A stretch of DNA of 64,000 nt from Raillietiella orientalis. Its lineage: Eukaryota. Location: positions 682,001 to 746,000 of the forward strand of contig JAYWIR010000004.1 of the NCBI GenBank assembly GCA_036172245.1. Direction: 5' to 3'. The notes below the pieces were generated by a model. It saw nothing but the letters and a program-made list of their open reading frames with translations, did no database searches and was not told where the DNA came from. Shown piece by piece: positions 1-13,633 of this stretch. The translations under genes and the position numbers were made by a program. Positions within the stretch are counted from its first letter, which is position 1. Every line of letters begins with the position of its first letter.

Positions 1-280
1 AAGCCGGTCGCCCGCCACGCTGGAAAGTTCCGGCGCGCCTTTCGGCGCAGCCCCTATCTGCCACCGTCGGCAATGCCGCCGTCTCGTTCCTGGCTCCTCG
101 TTACCAGAGGCGTCAGTGCAGCCGTCTGCTATGTGGTTAGCAGGGAGCGACGCGAAGGCAGGCAGGTGCTCTGACGACTCGGCTCTCTAAGGAACTCCTC
201 ACGGGACGTCGCCTGGTACGGGACGCGGACGTGGCTCCAGTTCGTGAGACCCGTCGCTAGAAGCAGGCTGAGCTCATTCA
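1..280 (+). mobile_element. Degenerate L1/Tx1-like LINE ORF2 fragment (post-RT region), cut by the window edge
   Basis: GC-rich. Frameshifted translation RLSKELL../..VAWYGTRTWLQFVRPV resembles KRLTKDLLRIAL..GTGRPRVRL..PCRDGGLGLL of the element at 13634-15310. Confidence 0.3.
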
Positions 281-2347
281 GTTTCCATACTTAATAGCAG
301 AATGGCACGGTATTCACCCCAAAGCAACCCGGGTGTCCAAGTGACGACCCAGCTGGGCCCAGAAAAGTGCCTGTGCAGCGGCCTTGAGCTCGCGTGGCTC
401 AGCGATTCGCGCAGAGCAGCTCCAGCCTCTGGTGGAGCCACATCCGCCTGAGGAACGCGCGTGGAGTGTCGAAGGAAGGGCGCGGAAGGCCACACAGGGT
501 ACGGGCCGAAGAAGAGATGATGGAGGAACGTTACTGGGGAACCGAGACGAAAAGTCCCCGGGACTCCGCGAAGAGGGGGCCCATCTCGCGCCGCACCAGG
601 CCACCGCTCCTGATGCCCTGCCGAACCAGTCGATAGAGCTGCCGGGGACCAACCGGCAGCAGTCATTCACGAAAGAGTGAGGCAAAGGTGAAGCTCCTTC
701 CTCTTCTGATAGCCCTTTGGTGCCCTTCCTCTTGTGGTGCCCTCGCCGCTGGTTACTCACTCAGACTGGCTCGTGCAACGCCGTTCTTTTTCGTTTGCTC
801 CAGTAATGGTGGTCTCTTGAAGTCGCAGGTCCTCCGCCGCTCATGCTGCGAGGCGCCGATCACTTCTGGCTTACGTTGCCCAGATGGGCTCCTGCATCCT
901 CCTCGTGGACTTCCGACATTTTCCTGGATGGTGTTTGCCATCTACCCTGAACAGAAGTTCTGGTTCAGCCTTCCTAACGTCTGAAGAAGTGCTAGCCTCA
1001 GCATCACTCACACTGTCTTCGTCGGTTGTCTCTGCATGCCACCTGACCTCTTCTAAAGGCTCTGAGAGCGTTTCTGCTTGGATGGCTTGGAGGAAAGGGG
1101 AAGAGATTTCGTTGCTTCTTGGAATTTAGTGTTAATCTGTTGATGTGCTTGTGCAAGACCGCCATCTTTAAATTCTCTTCTTCCTTTTTTTTTTTTTATC
1201 GTTGCCCTTTGACGCTTCCTTTCGTTCGTTCAAATGGGAATGAGTGCGCCGTTCCGTATTCCCTGCGCAGTCCACGCTCCATCGTGGACCATGGAATGAA
1301 ATGTGTGTGTTGCGCCATCGCGCGCTCATGATCCTCCTCCCTCAGCTCCACAGCCTGCTTCCTCAGCAGGTCATGTTTTGTCGTCCAGCCGCTGGTCATG
1401 CCACGGCGCCCTGTCCGTTTGGCTGCTGGGCCACGATGCGCGCGCAGTGGTTTGAGCCTACAACGTTCTTTTTCCTTTGACGTATTCGAGGCTCTGAGAT
1501 AGAGAGAGGCGCATGGCACTCAGGCTGCCAGCGAAACGATCTGAGTTTACCCGAGGCCTCCCAGGATCGGCGGGGAGGGCAACTTTGGTGTGGTAGCGTG
1601 CGAGCTGCGAGAACCCTGTGTTCCTCCATCGCCAAAAAAGCGGAAGTGCAAGTTAGGATCATAAGGGAATTCATTTTCTTAGCCGGTAGCTTTAGATTGC
1701 CTTCGTGGCTAAGTTTCGCGATGTATTCTGGAGTGGCTGGAGTACTGAGTGGAATGCGCGGCGTGACATACGAAATGGGATAGTTGCTGGGGTGCTCAGT
1801 ATGGCACTGAAATGAGGGCAACGTACATGACCTGGAGACGGAATCACAAATAGAGTGCTGAATGGAATGCGGGATCGAGTGTGGTGGGATGCGCGGTGCA
1901 GAATAGAGTAAGGGATAAGGTGTTGGATGGATCAAGAAAGTGGGGTGAGATCCTGGTCGTCCGGGGGGGAGGATGAAGAACGGGTCCTCATACGTGACTC
2001 TGACCGAGGTAGCTGCTTGTGGAAGAAGGACTGCGAACTTGAAGTGAGGGAAACGAGGTCATCTGAGGGATAGCAGAGGAACTTCCTCGGGGAAGTCTGC
2101 GATCTCGATGTCCGCAGTCTGAAGCCTCCCTCGCAGCTACGACTGAAAATCCTGCACGGAAACGAGAACAAGCTAGCGTTCCCAAGAGCTTCGTCGCTGC
2201 CAAATAGGGCCATCAAACCCAATTTACTTAAAGAACTTTGTGAAAAATCTCAGAGGACTGATGGGGAAAGAATGGGAGGCCGCTTTTGTTGCTAATCAGT
2301 TGCCATAAAACAAAGACTGAGTGGACCAGCGCAGAAATCCCACAAGA

Positions 2348-2386
2348 GGACTTTTCACTACCAGCCCTGCTGGTAGTGAAAAGTCC
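2348..2386. repeat. Perfect hairpin, 18-bp stem and 3-nt loop
   Basis: GGACTTTTCACTACCAGC-CCT-GCTGGTAGTGAAAAGTCC. Confidence 0.95.
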
Positions 2387-3444
2387 GCATCGGTCAGCAA
2401 AGTGAAAAAAGAAGCTGGATGGTAAAAGTGCAGATCAAGAAGTCAGTGATTAACTGCTGTTACTGGGAATAAGGGCAAGCAGTTCCAGCCTCCGACTCTG
2501 GCTAGCAGCTCAGCTTAACCCTGACGAGTTTCAAGGCAGAGAAGTAGTGTGAACGGGATAAATAACTTGATGCGGAAGAAACGAAGAGCCCCCCTCCAGA
2601 AGGAAAGCAGGAAAAGCATTTAAAAACACACACACAAAAAAAACGTGTTCATAGAATTAACGAAGACAATTCCTCGAAGGAAAAATCTCAGGGATGTTCC
2701 CTCTCTCTCAGAACACATTTCGGAAGGAATAATACGCCGGGGGGAGCGAAGGATAACGTCGACTTTCCGTGCTTGCCCGCGCTTTTGTTTGGGTGAGACA
2801 ACTTTAAGCGGCATCAATAAATTCGAACGTGATATTTTTATAGCGGCTTTATCCTGGAGGTTCAAAGGGTTCTTAAGTTACTCGCTGTTAATTACTATTT
2901 AATTGCGTCGTTAAACAATCCGATTGTTGCCAAACAGTGTAATTCCGTTTAGGCAGAGGTCATAAATAGTTTCCTCCATTACTGGCAAACTCCTTTTGGC
3001 ATAGCAAGGTTCCGAGGGAAGGCTGTCAGGGCAATGAAAACTTCTTTTGTGTTCTGCAAGAAACAGCTCTGATTGCTCAAACTGCTTCTGATGCTGGTGC
3101 CTGGAAATGCAAAGTACCATGCAGCGCGCGAAAGCCCAAGTTGCCTTGAAGGCTGTGCAGCAGAGGTAGAAGGCAAGCTCTCCAAGGTGGAAGTGGTCTC
3201 TGATGGAATCCTCTTTGAGTGAAGGAAGCGATAATTTTATTTGCCGATGCGGTAATTTTCGGCGAAATTTTTGGTTGCCTCGACTAGTGATGACAGGGAA
3301 GCGATTGTGGGTGAGTGTGGAGCTGATATTTCCGAGCTGTTATCCACTAGTTCACTGTTCAGCAGTGTGCGAGTCTACAGCAAAGGCCACCAAAAGTGCG
3401 AGTTTCAAGCAATATGGAATCGTCTAAGGCAGATGAAGTTGAAT

Positions 3445-3720
3445 TCAAGCAAGTTGCAGTGAGGACCACTTTTGAGCGACCGAGTCTATCCGACCCTTAT
3501 AAAACGTGCTACCATGGACCAGCTGGTGGAAGAGGTGAAGCTCTTTGTCTCTCATGAGCTGTATGTTGATTTCTATTGTAGTGGTTCCTAAGATGGTGAT
3601 CAGAGGAATTGGAGGTGGGTAGGTGGATCCACAGAGGAAGTCACACTGATGGAAAGGAAGCAATCAGCTCGTCATTTCTGCAGTGCTACCTGCTCGTCCT
3701 GTAAGTAAAAATGCATCTTC
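3445..3720 (-). mobile_element. Decayed LINE APE-endonuclease fragment (CR1/L2/Jockey-like)
   Basis: Minus-strand translation ..STYPPP..ITILG..FHQLVHGSTFYKGRIDSV matches the order of APE motifs (YRPP, ILGDFN, QLVxxPT...LDL). Confidence 0.4.
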
Positions 3721-4279
3721 TCGGGAGTCATGAGATCTTTTTTGCTGTTTGGTAGAAGCCAGATCAAAATCGTTCCCTCTCTTCAGTCTGCAGCTACTCA
3801 CAGAATCCTGACTGATATCCTTCCCTTTGGTCACACGCATTTCACTTCCCGAATCCGTTTTTTATTCTCGCGTAGCGGATAAATGCCAGCTTGTCTGTTT
3901 GGGCTTCCCCAGTTAGAGATGAGGATCAAAATGTACTGACTCTCCGCAACGTGCCTTAGCCTGCCACTTCCTGTATCTCCTTAATTCCTGAGCATCCAGC
4001 TAGTGGTCTTCATCTTCCATCTGCTCAACTACTTGTAGAACTTGAGCCATGCATTGTTTGAATTGAAGTCAGATGGAATTTATTTCATCACATCAATTTC
4101 ATCCGCTTGCCAAGCATCTACAAGCCTTTTGCTCAAGTGACCTTTTGTGTAAGCCTACGAATGTCATGAAAAGCATCTGTCTATCTTAGCCATAAAAATC
4201 AATTCTTAGAAGGTAGCATCTATGCAGGTATGAAAGTAGGATTAGTGGCTGTTCTTCTTGGGTTAACCGGCAACTGTTC

Positions 4280-5100
4280 GTGACCTCACTTCCAATCACA
4301 CAAGGAGAAAGCAGCTCATATCTCCGGTCCGAACCTCTCAGCTCAATGACACATGGCGTCCTCTTATTGAAAATCACCCGGATTCAGGGAAATACCAGAA
4401 GTACCACCTGTGTTGGACCACACGAAGCATACTGCTACTTCTCCCACTCTGGAGGGCGTCTGAAGTAGCGACCCCACGAGGAGATCGTTACTATTGACCT
4501 AGGAGGATGGACATCCTTGGGTCCTTTTTTCCTTCTGTATTCGCTGTTTTTTCCTTCCAGCTTTTTTTTTTTTTTTTCGGGTGCATTTGTGCGGCACGTT
4601 TTTCGATCTCCATTCTCTTTGTGGCGCAGCAAAAGGAAAACAAGAGGATAGCTCCCTCAAGCTGTGTCATCCGTAAGATGAGACCCTGCTGCTGATTTGA
4701 GACCACTGTTTGATCTGAAGTCTGGTCTCTTGGTGAATGGGGAGGGTGTGGAAGGTGACAGTCATGGTTGGGAAGTCTCAATCGAAAATCAGACAATCCT
4801 GGAATTGGATTTATCACTAAGACCGGACCTCGTGCTTAGGAAAGAAGATGGAATCACCATCCTGGATGCATGCTCTTCTGAAAACACGGAGGCTGTGCCT
4901 CACTGGTTACGTAGGGAGGAGGAAGGTGCCTGACAGAGTAAGATGCTTTCTTTTCTTACTCGGCTGGATTCAGGTCTCCTCAAAGGTCCTAGCTGTAGGG
5001 CTTTGGAACCGTGGGATCTCCACAAGGATGCAATAGAGGATCTAGGCATTCCTGATTTGCAATTGGTGACCTGCGCCACTATATATCAGAGATATTGGAT
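4280..5100 (+). mobile_element. Decayed 3' end of an RLE-clade (R2/NeSL/R4-like) non-LTR retrotransposon
   Basis: RPHEEIV (RHxxIV remnant), GWEVSIE...LRPDLVLRKEDGITILDA (PD..D restriction-like endonuclease core), then AVGLW..AIEDLGIP. Stops and frameshifts throughout. Confidence 0.55.
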
Positions 5101-6079
5101 GGATGCACCGATGTGGACATGACGAAATATCGGTACCACTCCTAAGGTTCTCCGAAGTCCAAGAAGATTCATGGCACGATCCCGATACGTACACGGACCA
5201 TGATTGGATCAAGATGAAATCATCAGATGTCGCGTTGAAGGGCTTGTGAAGATTGGTCGAGACAGTCAGTTACTCCTTCTTGAACATCTGAATACGTTCC
5301 ACAGCAGTGTGAGGTAGTCTTTGGAAGTAGTAGTGAAATTTCTGAGCATCTTTCAGGGATGAACGTAATTTACCATTGAAAATTGGCTTTCAAGTTTTAG
5401 CTCTTAGTTGATATGTAAAGTCAGTATAAAGATTCGGAGAATTATTGCAAATTGATACGCTTTTCTATATAGAAGCACCTGAAGAGCCTAAAAGGAGGTC
5501 AGAAATGGCCTGCCATCCTGCATATTGAGTGAATAGAGGAATTGCATTGAATGAAGAAGCCAAGGTTTTTACGATCTTCCCCATTTTCATGTCCTGTCCA
5601 TCTTCTTTTTCTGTACGTATGAAACTATGGGATCGTTTGCAAATATCCTACGTCTACTTCCGTATCAGTTCTTATCGGGCGTTTTCTTCTGGACAGTTTC
5701 CTCATTGGGAAGATGTTCCGATCTGTGGGTCGAATAGACATCGTGGCCGCATGGGATGCTAGAGGCAATATCTTGTTGCCTTATTTTGTGGAGGCATAGT
5801 CAGTGGAGTCTGCAGCTTTCACAGGATCTCCACGTTTTAACAATCCTAGAACCCTAGAGAGTCAACTGTTAGGTCTCAGGATCAGCTAAAGATCCATAGT
5901 GGACAGGAAGGCAGCAAGATCCTTGTAGCTGGTCTCCTTCCTTTTTCGAAAACTTTTGCACGCTCCAGGGGCGCTCTCGAAGGGGCAAGCAATTCACAAA
6001 GTTGTTCCCACCATTTGTCTGAGGTACACCGACAGTTGTTCCTGGTCAGTGACCCTGGGAAAAACCCCACGGTCACTGA

Positions 6080-6741
6080 CAAGCAGGGCGGGATGACTTT
6101 ACTGAATGTCCAGATCATGCTGGATATTAACTCATATCATTCTTTGCTCAGTGTTTTCTCCTGTGAGCGAGAGATCACGAGGTTCCTGAGCGCTTCGTCG
6201 CTCTTCGAGTACCAGGTTCTCGGCGTTCCAGCGAAAATGCTTCTAGTGATTCTCTTTTGTTCAGGGAATAGGAACAGTATGCTCCATTGAGTCTTTGAAG
6301 GAAGGGGTTGCAAATAAGCAGACGAAAGCGCACCTCTTGCAAAGGTAACGTGTTGTATGCCAAGTAACCATCCCAGTTAATCAATCCATCTTACACCAGC
6401 ATCCCTGGAATGAAGCGTGCACTCCAGCTCCTGGTCATGCAATTTTGGGCAACCCAAAATTCGAGCCACATGTGAAGTTCGCTGTGGCAAAGTTCGCGAC
6501 GGAGAAATCCTCAAGTCTACTGGAAAAAGGATGCGTTCTCCGGTGACGAGGTGACGTTTCGAGGCAATAACTGTGACCGCTGATTCGAAGACATCCGTCT
6601 TGCAAAAATGTTCTCCTCTTGCAGTTGATGCAGATGAGATGATGATGCGAAGGAGATCCATCGCAGAGACACGAAAAAAATACAAGAACAAATCACTGAA
6701 TTCGACTCATCGGCTCGAGGGTGCAAGCAGGGCGGGATGAC
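6080..6741. repeat. Exact 18-nt direct repeat CAAGCAGGGCGGGATGAC at 6080-6097 and 6724-6741
   Basis: Direct sequence identity. Confidence 0.85.
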
Positions 6742-8839
6742 CTCCACGATCGTAGTCCAGATTTGATTTACCGGAAGATTTTTTCCTCAGGAAATGCCAA
6801 ATGATTTCTGCGTGTATTTCCTGGGCTCCGACAAGTCATGCGGAAACTCTTTCGTGGTAGCAGGAGGCATGTTTCAACGGGGGAAGCAGTCGGAAGGGGA
6901 CTTCCGCTGGTTGGTCGCATGCGAAAGAGGAGTGCGCAGCGAGTTTGTAGGCTCAAAAGAAAGGGATGGATGGATGTAACAGTGTCGATGGGGATTCACT
7001 CGTTAAATGTGGTATCGGAGAAGATCATAGGGATGCTGTTTACAGGAATAAAGAAAGGCGGTGATTTGTCTTCTCCAATCAGGGTGGAAAATTTTCCAAG
7101 CTCGTGATGCAATAGCTGACACAGATCATAGAAAATACGTATGAAAATCGATATATAGTTCGTATGCTATTGGATATTCAGAGATACATGAGGAAAACGG
7201 AAAGAATGAACCATCATATACACGGTCTGAACTACTTGCCCAGTCCGGCAATCAGTGGCTTAATCTCCACCGAAGAGATAATGATTTCGAGGTTTGTGCT
7301 TCGCGCGCAAAACTCCTCCGAAAAGTCTGGACGACGAAGCCATGCTAGAATAAACACCGATGGCGATGGAGAGAAAGCCGTCAAAAGGGGAGCCGTTGGA
7401 AATTCTGCGGGAGTAGCCAAAGTCTCCTCCATCTCCCCTCCTCTCCCCCCCCAAAAAAAAAAAAAAAAATCGATTTCTTATGGACATACCAGCCGCTGTT
7501 TCTCTCAGAGGAGGATGCACAGCTTGGCGGTCCTGTATAAGACGGTGCGGTCGCGGAAAGAACTGATGCTGGCTGCTTCGGATGGATGTCAAATGCTTCA
7601 CTGATGCTGCAGATCAATTTTGGAAGGGGTGATTAGGATTTTGGAAGCAGATTAAGAGGGTGGGGTTTGGAATTACCAGAGCCCAATGGTTCACCAATGG
7701 AGAGGTTCCAGGTTTAATCGTCCATGGAATCGTCCTCATCTTAGCAGAAATGCGAGACAGATTCTTCATGGTACGAGATAGAGGGGAGACCCTCCATCGC
7801 GTACCGGCAACATGGACCTTAAACCACCCGAGGTATGGACGGCTCCGTTTGCACAACCGGAGGGGAACCCCGAAGGGCCTCTTGATTTTTGGAAAACCCC
7901 GGAAGGTCATCTTCCGATCCCGTCAACGGGGGATCCGGTTTTCGGATTCCACCGATGCCTATAGGTCAATTGCGTCATCCTGCGGGAAAGAACGCGAAAC
8001 ACATGACGCACCCATTTCTCGGCGTGGATCATCCACGTGGGGATTCGGAGCCGCAATGGTTGGTGCCACGCTCGAGGACCGTAGGCACACGTTTGCCAAC
8101 TCGGACCCTGCGGGCTCGCGAGTTTCCGAGAGGGAATGTTCCCTCAGCTGCCTAGATGCTATTCATCTTCACAGATATGCAGAAATTAGCAGTAATCAGA
8201 AAGGAAAACATATTCTTGGTAGTTCCATTTGTTCCAACGTTCTTTCTGTATTCCCAGTCAAACTCGGGAGAAACTGCAGATAATTTCGCTACAGCATCTT
8301 CCTCGGGTTTTTTGAAATCTTATTCTTGTTCATAGTCACACTTTTAGGACTGGAAGGAATTTCGAACAGCCTCATTATTTCTCTAATTGGCTTCTGGTTC
8401 ATCCTCTAGGGTACTCTTCCGCATTGAAACGGGTTCTTACTCATCTCTCTCTTCAGGATACATTGCGAAGAGTTCTGCCTGTGTCACGAGGCGTTCGCTT
8501 CGGTTCTGATGAATGCCGAAGGATCCCCATTCTTGTGAAAACGTGAACTGTCTTGAACTTCCCAAAGAACTGTGTTCTTCTTTCAAATTCTACTAAACAC
8601 TTCAAGGGTTTCCCCGATGACCATTTCTTCGAGGTCCGTCACCAAATATGGCCATTTCACTCTTCGGAGGAAATGACCATCTTACATGGAGCAATCCTGA
8701 ACTCTGGATGTCACAAGAGAGTTCTGGAACTCATCTATGATATACTTTTAAAATCAAATTCAGAATACATGCTGCTTTGTTGGACTGGAAGAAATGCTGC
8801 TCATGTGATCGGTTTGATCTGATGGATGCTTTCTTCCCT

Positions 8840-9830
8840 AAAAGGGTACAAAAAAGACTCCGCCCTTGACTGCTGTCGCGAGATTAAGCAAGCCATCACC
8901 CAGTACTTGGTCCAGTGATCATTCCTTCTTCAGTCGAGAACAGAAACTCGAAACTGTACGTTCGCTGTATCGGTGTTTTTTGTGTGTTTTTTGTTCGTTA
9001 TCAGAAACAGGGAACTGTGGGGGATTACTCTGCAGCTGAAAGTTTGGTTGCATCTTGCACGGAAGCCTCCTATAAATCCAAACATTCTTTCTTATGTGGT
9101 CACAGATGGGTTAGTTTCTTTGTCTTCCCAAAAGAAGAAATTGCATTGAGGTAGACAACCTTTCTATAGCAACGGGTCGCATTGCATTTGAGAGATGTGT
9201 GGGGTCTCTGGGGTCACAATTGTAGCAACAAACACCAATTTGATGAAGTTGAAATTTATATTGATCAGTTTTTTCTCTATTCTTTTATTTTCATTTTCTT
9301 AGCCCTCCAACCGGCCCATTGCTTACCTTTTCCCGGTTGTCTGCTAGCGTTAAACTGGGCGGATAAGATACAGGAAGAAATTTCTTCACGGAACACGAAA
9401 CAAAACTGTTACATAGGGGAAGGAAGGAGACCAAGACTCGAAAGAGAACAGTGAATCTTGTGATAAATTGCCTCTCCATGTTGAGCTTTCTCGCAGCCGC
9501 TGCAGCAGATTCTCACGGCAACCGAACGCCGAGCACTTTTCCCATCTGCCACCACTAAGAAGACTTTCTTGTAACGAAGCGGAATTCAACTTCCGGTGCT
9601 CGTCTTCCAGATGCCTTCCTGCTATTCGCCTCTGCTGTTTTTGGATTTGCATATATTTCCTATATTATCCAGATCGTACAGATTTCCAATATTCCAACAT
9701 CACGGATACCGGAAGGAAAAAATGCTCCCTAATCCACCACTCAGAGTGCACGAATTTCGGTGTACTTCTTGTACATGCCTTTCGACTTTTATATCTCTAA
9801 AAATCAGCAACTGCGCAGTGGCACAATTGT
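8840..9830 (-). mobile_element. Very decayed L1/Tx1-like ORF2 relic; boundaries uncertain
   Basis: Ordered remnants on the minus strand: AVADF* (GDFN-like), RKLNSASL (WKLNxSLL), KVVYLNAIF (KYLGI), RLKKE*..LGDGLLNL (GGLGLxNL). Confidence 0.3.
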
Positions 9831-12800
9831 TTGCTCGACAGTAAGTCACAACTGGAAGTTACTGACAGAGAATTTTCCTTGGTAACATTTACGTGCGAGG
9901 AGTACTGGATTTGCGGCAAGCAAGCCAATTCATGCCGATTTCCAAAATCATGCAGGTCACACGAGAATACTCCGTGGGTCATATGTGGCCCGTAGGTAGC
10001 AGGTTTCCTACCGCTGGTTTAGAACATTAAGTTTTACTCTACCACGGATGGAGTAAGTTTTCAACTGGGGGTCGATGAAACAGGTGCATGAACACCTGGA
10101 TGGGAAACACATGGATTCTCTGGACCTATTTCACATTCAGGGGTAGGCGTGGAGGGGAAATAGAAGGTAGTTGGGTGCACAGTACATTGTGTACAGCCTG
10201 TATACCGAGGATAGCAAGAAAATCCCTCTCATGTTGTCGAGACGGAATTTGAAAGCTCTTGAAGCTTTCCCTTTGCTTTCATCAGTGGGTTCGGCGGATT
10301 ACTGATCAGCACACAATCCGTACCTATTATAGGTGTCCATCGCTGGAGATAAAACTGAGATTCTTCAGATGAAAGCGCAGAGCAGCGGAGGACGACCACG
10401 CTGCAGACACTCAGAAATATCTGAACAAGACTCAGCAGTAACAATTTCTGAAATCTCTTGTGCCCAAGAAAAGTTCGGTTTTGTTCTATGCAGAGGTGAT
10501 TCAACTGCATAGAAGACTACTCTTATAATTTTACACATTTGAGCATGTGAATACGATGGGATGACGTCACAATGCTGTGAAGCATTATGAAAATACTTTG
10601 AGAGGACTGCGAACGCCTTATCGGAATATTATTTCCGATTGCCACATCATAAGACTACAATACTATTTTAGAACGCTATTCCAGAGTATCATAGGTCACT
10701 ATGGATACCTAAAATAATATTAGCATAAATCTTTAGAATGCTTTTGAATATTTAGAATCTAATAAGGCTCAGTCAGAAGACTCTTAGGATACTCTTTAGC
10801 CGACTATCTATGAAAATCGCTCCCTTCCTTTATAAGGGCGGGTGAGTTTCCCGTTTTTCCAATCGTCATTTCACATAGAAGACCATAGAACCATAGTAGA
10901 CCCAACCGAAGATCCTGAGATATTAAGATGCAGGGAATTTGGTTCTACAAAGTGCATGATGGTTTACAAAGTTTATTAATAGTTTGCTTTCCTAGCAATA
11001 TAAGTGCTGTTGATGATGATCGGTGAGTCATTGCAAATCATGAAACGGCCCAACAAACATGTCAGAAGCGACGGCTTATTGGAACCTAGGTCTCGGTCCT
11101 GGCGGTGCTCGTTGGTAGCGAGCACCGCCAGGGCTGCTGGCGAGTGGACCGGCCCACGTAGATAACAGCATCGTCCGAGATCCCCACTGAGAGACCAACA
11201 CGACCTACGTCGTTTTCCGTCTCCAAAGAAGGGGGGGGGGTCATCGATGCTCGACAGCTCTCGGCTTCCAGCACCGGGGCTCCAGTGACGGCAGCCAACT
11301 TGCCACGCTATACTAATGAGACATCCTCCAGTGCCTAGTCGAATAAATCGTTCGCCTCGCTTCGAGATGTCTGCTTCAGATAACTTGCATCCCCACGATT
11401 TTCCCAAGATTCCCTTCCGGCATGTTTATCCTCTGAGATGAATGCTAGGATAACCGAATGTTTTTCTCTGTATGGAATAAGACGGCATCTGTTGCAAACA
11501 CATACAGTGAATGATGTTTGCATGTTCGGTTTATGATTTGTTCTATCCTTGTGAGAGCAGAGTGGATGCAAAGGATCATCTGCATCCTCGAATCCATAGT
11601 CTCCATCATTCCTTTTGTGCTTACTACGGCAGAGAGTGCTATATTTCAACTTATATTTCACTCTGATGACTTTCCAGTATCAAGAGATGATGAAGCGAGA
11701 AGACAAGTGGCCGCAGCAAGGGTTGTTTTTTATGTAATGACAGGCTGTTGACAGGAAGGACCATTATGTGGCGGAAGAATGACTGGCGAATCGAACTATC
11801 AAGAATGAGAAGTCAAACATCTGAGGATTTAGAGGCAATACAACTCACTTTTACAGATACTGCATCTTAGTCCCGGATCCTTTGTTCATGCTAATGGTGA
11901 ACAGGCAGACAGTACCCGGAAAGCCCGGGAAGACAGTGCTACGGATAAGATAGGGGTATCGTAGGATTCGGAAAAGAGTTCGAAATCGAATCCAGTCATC
12001 TAAGGAATGATGAAGGGTAACAGGGAGCCCATCTCATTAGTAAAGTCTTCATAGTCAGCGATCCCATTTCACGGACATATCCGGTGCAGTTGTAGGAAGG
12101 AATGATGGAATAAGATAAAGCAAAGACATGGATAGTGGAAAGGCTAGGAAGCTTCTCTAACGAGAGGAAACTGAGCAGCCAGATGATGTATCCAGGAAGA
12201 TACCTCGTAATAGCTGAAGTAGTTAACGATCCGTTGAATGGAGTGCAAACTGTATCAACTACAGCACTATTCCTTGTGCTGCTGAGTAGATTCCACAGCA
12301 TTAGGTTATGCAGATTTTTAGGTAACTAGAAACGAACTGCATCAGCTACAGCACTCGTTAGAGAGTTGGGGCAAACAAATCCTCACCTAATCCTAATAAA
12401 CTAGAAAGACTGCCAACTCTCATCCATCGGAAACTGTAAGTTTTCTCCAGATAGCGAACAGGAACCACAGAAACAAGGGCCACACTAATCTCTGTATATC
12501 TCTGTTGCAGTGAAAGTGAAACATCAGGGAATGATCAAGAAGTGATTACCTGACTTCAAAGAAATTGAAGTGAGGAAGCGAAAAAATTGAGCAATCTCAA
12601 TAACAACCTCCTGTTCCAATGGATTGTTTTTATACTGAGCGCACGGCATGATCCTGAGGGTTCATTGCAATCCAACACTCAAAGAACAAGGGAAACATCC
12701 ATTTCTTGTCTTCTGTAATATCTTGTCACGCGGTATCCTCAACTGTCACGAAAACTTTTAGAGTGCACTCCAAGCTCTAGTTATGGAACCAGCGAAAATG

Positions 12801-13633
12801 AACGACTCTCTAGGAAATCCTCATTCAAATCTCCACGTAAACATTGAGGCTGTTAACTAATGCCATCTTCGCAAAGAATAACTGTTGAAAACTGTTGGTG
12901 ATTAATTTATCATATCGAATTCCTGGAGGCAAATTCGGGAAAGATGGCTGCGACCGCTGTAGGGTTCAGTGTCGATGAGCGTCATGAACAAGGAGCACTC
13001 TGACCTCACTTCGTCATATGATTTTAAATACGGAAATCATGGCATCCTGATAATCGGATTATATGAAATCTTAATACTGCGACTACGTATGCCACAGATA
13101 CACGAATCTTGATGTTGAATTGCTCTTTTCACAATATGATTATCACAACATCATGGTGCGTTTGTATAGAATATGAAAAAGAACGGTAGATATCAAAACA
13201 TATAGCAACGCAGTTTAAAATAGCTAGAGATTTTAGAACCTTTCTCAGACAAGCACTGAGTTTTGGATGAAGTTATTGAGAGTGCATCCTCTGTGTACAT
13301 TATTCATGTTTGCAGATGCAACATACGTTAGCATTACATCTCAGAGGATTTTCTTTGGTTCTGGTTTCCATTTCTGAACCAAAAGTAAGGAAAGAAGAAA
13401 GGCATCGTTCTGTACTGACAAAGATTTTCTGGAGAGAAGGCAGGAGCAGCGGGAAGATCTTCCCATGAAACTTGCTGGGTAAACTCTTCATTCTGTGCAA
13501 CTTATCAAACCAAAACTCCTCTCTATTCACCCTCGGAGATTTGGGAATGTGTTCCTTAGCCGAGTGAGGTGACAATGGCACAGCTGCGAAGAGCAGAAAT
13601 CCTCTGTGAAGATGCGAAGCTAATCATTCAAGG

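Noticed and set aside
11990..12310. Possible CR1/L2-like RT C-terminal relic (-)
   Set aside because: Only loose motifs (LHSIQR, LPSLST); not enough to call.
13300..13620. Minus-strand phase-1 acceptor with AVPLSPHSAKEHIPKS
   Set aside because: The Psq resemblance needs several deletions; it lies upstream of the gene and abuts a LINE 3' end.
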